From contig JAQTLX010000010.1 in the NCBI GenBank assembly GCA_028714695.1, positions 73,397 to 137,396 on the forward strand: 64,000 nt of DNA, given 5' to 3'. The stretch is from Ignavibacteria bacterium (lineage in GTDB: Bacteria > Bacteroidota > Ignavibacteria > Tepidaquicellales > Tepidaquicellaceae). The notes below the pieces were generated by a model that did no database searches, was not told where the DNA came from, and worked only from the letters and a program-made list of their open reading frames with translations. Of this stretch, positions 61,502-64,000 are shown in pieces. The translations under genes were made by a program, and so were the position numbers. Position 1 is the first letter of the stretch; every line of letters begins with the position of its first letter.

Positions 61502-62473
61502 ATGAAATACTACAACAACGTACTCGAACTCGTGGGCAATACTCCTTTGGTGAAAATCAATAAACTTACGAAGGGTTTTAAATCCACCGTGCTCGGAAAA
61601 ATGGAATCTTACAATCCGGGCGGAAGCGTTAAGGACAGAATCGGTAAGGCAATGCTTGAACATGCGGAGAAAGAAGGAAAGATACAACCGGGCGGTACCA
61701 TAATCGAAGCCACAAGCGGAAATACGGGAATCGGACTTTGTCTTGCGGCGGCGGTAAAAGGATATAAAACAATTATCGTTGTTACGGACAAAGTGAGTAT
61801 GGAAAAAAGAAATTACCTGAAGGCATTGGGAGCGGAAGTCGTTGTTGTTCCAAAAAATGTTTCACATGACCATCCCGATTATTACACGAATAAAGCACAG
61901 ACGATTGCGGATAACACGCCGAACTCTTTATACATCGGTCAGTACACGAATCCTTATAATCCATTAGCGCATTATTTAACAACGGGTCCTGAAATCTGGG
62001 AAGCGACTGAAGGAAAAATCACTCATTTTGTAGCGGGTCTCGGTACGGCAGGAACAATAACTGGGACGGCAAGATATCTAAAGGAAAAAAATCCGGGAAT
62101 AAAAGTAATCGGAGCCGACCCGTTCGGTTCAATCGGAAAATTATATAAAGAAACAGGGGAAGTCGGGGAGACATATCCGTACCTTATAGAAGGAATAGGA
62201 CTTGATATAATTCCCGATATAATGGATATAAGTCTTATTGACGAGATTGTGGAGGTTACGGACCAGAATTCAATCGCCACATGCAGAGCGCTTACGAGAG
62301 AAGAAGGAATATTCTGCGGCGCTTCAACGGGAACGCTTGCCTACGCCGCGCTGGATATTGCAAAGAACCTTGATGAAAAAGGAGTTGTTGTATTTATAGT
62401 CTGCGACACAGGCGAAAGGTATCTTTCAAAATATTATAATGACGAATGGCTAAAACAAAACAACATAAAGTAA
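61502..62473 (+). CDS. PLP-dependent cysteine synthase / cystathionine beta-synthase family enzyme (no CBS pair)
   Basis: 323 aa. [14 protein letters not shown]-lysine context [11 protein letters not shown], and the GTAGTITG phosphate loop. Confidence 0.9.
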   Translation: MKYYNNVLELVGNTPLVKINKLTKGFKSTVLGKMESYNPGGSVKDRIGKAMLEHAEKEGKIQPGGTIIEATSGNTGIGLCLAAAVKGYKTIIVVTDKVSMEKRNYLKALGAEVVVVPKNVSHDHPDYYTNKAQTIADNTPNSLYIGQYTNPYNPLAHYLTTGPEIWEATEGKITHFVAGLGTAGTITGTARYLKEKNPGIKVIGADPFGSIGKLYKETGEVGETYPYLIEGIGLDIIPDIMDISLIDEIVEVTDQNSIATCRALTREEGIFCGASTGTLAYAALDIAKNLDEKGVVVFIVCDTGERYLSKYYNDEWLKQNNIK

Positions 62474-63609
62474 ATTTTGCAACAAAGGCGGTACATGCGG
62501 GACAGCATCCCGAAGAAATAACGGGCGCGGTCACGATACCAATATTTCAAACATCCACTTATTCGAACAAAAAACTCGGCGAAACGACCGGATATGATTA
62601 CGCCAGAACGGCAAATCCCACAAGAACCGCTTTGCAGGATTGCCTTGCTGAACTCGAGAACGGAAAATTCGCATTTTGTTTTTCTTCGGGTATGTCGGCA
62701 GTAAGCGCGGTTATAAATCTTTTTAAATCAGGAGACCATATTGTCTGTTCGGACAACGTTTACGGCGGAACGTACAGGCTGTACGAACAGGTAATGAGAA
62801 AATACGGACTGGATTTCACTTATGTGGATACTTCCGACATATCGCTGGTTGAAAACGCGATTAAGCCGAACACAAAAATGATATACGTCGAAACTCCGAC
62901 AAATCCGATGCTTGGTATTTCTGACCTGAAAAAAATTAGTGCATTGGCAAATAATAGGAAATTAATCTCATGCGTTGACAACACATTTATGAGTCCTTAT
63001 TTCCAGAACCCGCTTGATTTCGGAATCGACATCGTGCTTCACAGTTCGACAAAATACATAAACGGGCATTGCGACGTGATTGGAGGCTGCGTTATTACTT
63101 CCGACGAATCGCTTGCAGAGCAAATTAAGTTTCTTCAGAATTCGATTGGCGCGGTCCCCGCACCTCTCGACTGCTTTCTCATACTTCGCGCATTAAAGAC
63201 ACTGCCGTTAAGAATGAAAGCGCATAACAGCAATGCAATCGCGATAAGCGAACAACTAAGCAGAAACAGAAAAGTTAAAAAGATATTTTATCCCGGTTTG
63301 AAATCGCATCCTCAGCATTCGATTGCAAAGAAGCAGATGCGCGGATTCGGAGGTATTATTTCAATCGACCTTGGAAGTTATTCGGCTGCGAAAAGATTTT
63401 GCAATGCGCTGAATATTTTTCAAATTGCGGAATCGCTCGGCGGAGTTGAATCGCTTGTCTGTCATCCGCCTTCCATGACTCACGGAAGCGTGCCAAAGAA
63501 GATGAGGGAGAAAATAGGCATGAATGACGGGCTTGTGAGACTATCAGTCGGCATAGAGGACATTCACGACCTGCTGAACGACATAGAGAATGCTTTAAAG
63601 AAGATTTAA
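62446..63609 (+). CDS. Cystathionine gamma-lyase/gamma-synthase family (Cys/Met metabolism PLP enzyme)
   Basis: 387 aa. [13 protein letters not shown]-lysine in [11 protein letters not shown]-terminal VRLSVGIED. It overlaps the upstream gene by 28 nt. Confidence 0.92.
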   Translation: MAKTKQHKVNFATKAVHAGQHPEEITGAVTIPIFQTSTYSNKKLGETTGYDYARTANPTRTALQDCLAELENGKFAFCFSSGMSAVSAVINLFKSGDHIVCSDNVYGGTYRLYEQVMRKYGLDFTYVDTSDISLVENAIKPNTKMIYVETPTNPMLGISDLKKISALANNRKLISCVDNTFMSPYFQNPLDFGIDIVLHSSTKYINGHCDVIGGCVITSDESLAEQIKFLQNSIGAVPAPLDCFLILRALKTLPLRMKAHNSNAIAISEQLSRNRKVKKIFYPGLKSHPQHSIAKKQMRGFGGIISIDLGSYSAAKRFCNALNIFQIAESLGGVESLVCHPPSMTHGSVPKKMREKIGMNDGLVRLSVGIEDIHDLLNDIENALKKI

Positions 63610-63654
63610 ACTTTTAATTTAAACCGTCCATCAAGGCTGATTTTCAATATCCGT

Positions 63655-63674
63655 CCCGCGGTCATAACCGCGGG
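63655..63674 (+). terminator. GC hairpin after the transsulfuration pair (no clear U-tract)
   Basis: 7-bp stem cccgcgg/ccgcggg with loop tcataa, 46 nt after the stop at 63609. Confidence 0.3.
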
Positions 63675-63706
63675 CTGAAACTAAAAGATATGTCAACCCG
63701 TTGCAA

Positions 63707-64000
63707 ATGAATTATTATAAAATAATATTTCTTATAACACTTCAAATCCTTTCATTTAACTTCGTACATTCTCAGGGATTCAGGTCATTTGCACAAAGAG
63801 ATTCAACTTACATCGAGCCGAAGAACATAGACGTTTCTATTTTCAGGTTTGTGAATAACGGAAGAAACGGTTTTTCAAGTACTGTCATTCCCTTAACGGA
63901 CAAATCCGTGCTGCCCGTTAGTATTGCAGTGCCGCTTGGGTTAGCCGGAATTTCACGTTACAATAATAATTATTATGATGAAAACACCGCTGTTCTTCTG
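63707..64000 (+). CDS. 5' part (98 codons) of a secreted/membrane protein, open to the window edge
   Basis: ATG 63707 reads MNYYKIIFLITLQILSFNFVHSQGFRSF...AVPLGLAGISRYNNNYYDENTAVLL with no stop before 64000. The N-terminus is signal-peptide-like. It is absent from the ORF track because it is unterminated. Confidence 0.5.
   Translation, partial: MNYYKIIFLITLQILSFNFVHSQGFRSFAQRDSTYIEPKNIDVSIFRFVNNGRNGFSSTVIPLTDKSVLPVSIAVPLGLAGISRYNNNYYDENTAVLL

Overview
AT-rich 64-kb chromosomal stretch with about 55 protein genes and one tRNA. I found no rRNA, CRISPR array, IS element, integrase or prophage genes. Six proteins end in Por-type T9SS C-terminal sorting domains ('NYPNPFNP...'), and SD sequences are mostly absent. 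This points to an FCB-group bacterium (Ignavibacteriota/Bacteroidota-like); that is inference only.

Most of the content is housekeeping:
- an Rrf2-cysteine desulfurase-IscA-like Fe-S operon and a PAS hybrid histidine kinase
- ybaK, a VIT1 transporter, a FabH-like KAS III, tRNA-Ser(UGA) and truB
- rimP-nusA-infB-rbfA
- an S8 protease, a 3-methyladenine glycosylase with a beta-CASP nuclease, and glgA
- two SurA/parvulin PPIases, an ABC exporter pair and rdgB
- C69 and M13 peptidases, osmC, scpA-scpB-rluB-lysS, and a cysteine synthase/cystathionine gamma-lyase pair

An accessory-looking block at 13.4-21.1 kb holds a MarR operon, an oleate hydratase operon, YceI, an alpha/beta hydrolase and a broken RibD_C gene.

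I did not find a convincing complete multi-gene novel system such as a defence island. The best leads are:
1. A cluster of three small secreted-protein genes (5.1-6.8 kb), each preceded by a sigma-54 -24/-12 type promoter at the same distance from its ATG. A fourth such promoter precedes a LamG T9SS cargo gene at 50.7 kb.
2. Two of the three small proteins share only a conserved C-terminal 'C..SN-LLWGAVS-TM-basic' tail that looks like a sorting signal.
3. Unusually structured non-coding DNA brackets osmC (55.0-56.5 kb). It includes a 24-bp tandem array of palindromic sites and a 520-bp composite inverted repeat.
4. A RibD_C/DHFR-family gene is interrupted by two in-frame TAG codons.
5. A duplicated terminator module and a heptanucleotide microsatellite lie between two convergent genes (48.6-48.9 kb).

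All functional calls come from reading motifs in the supplied translations. No database search was run.
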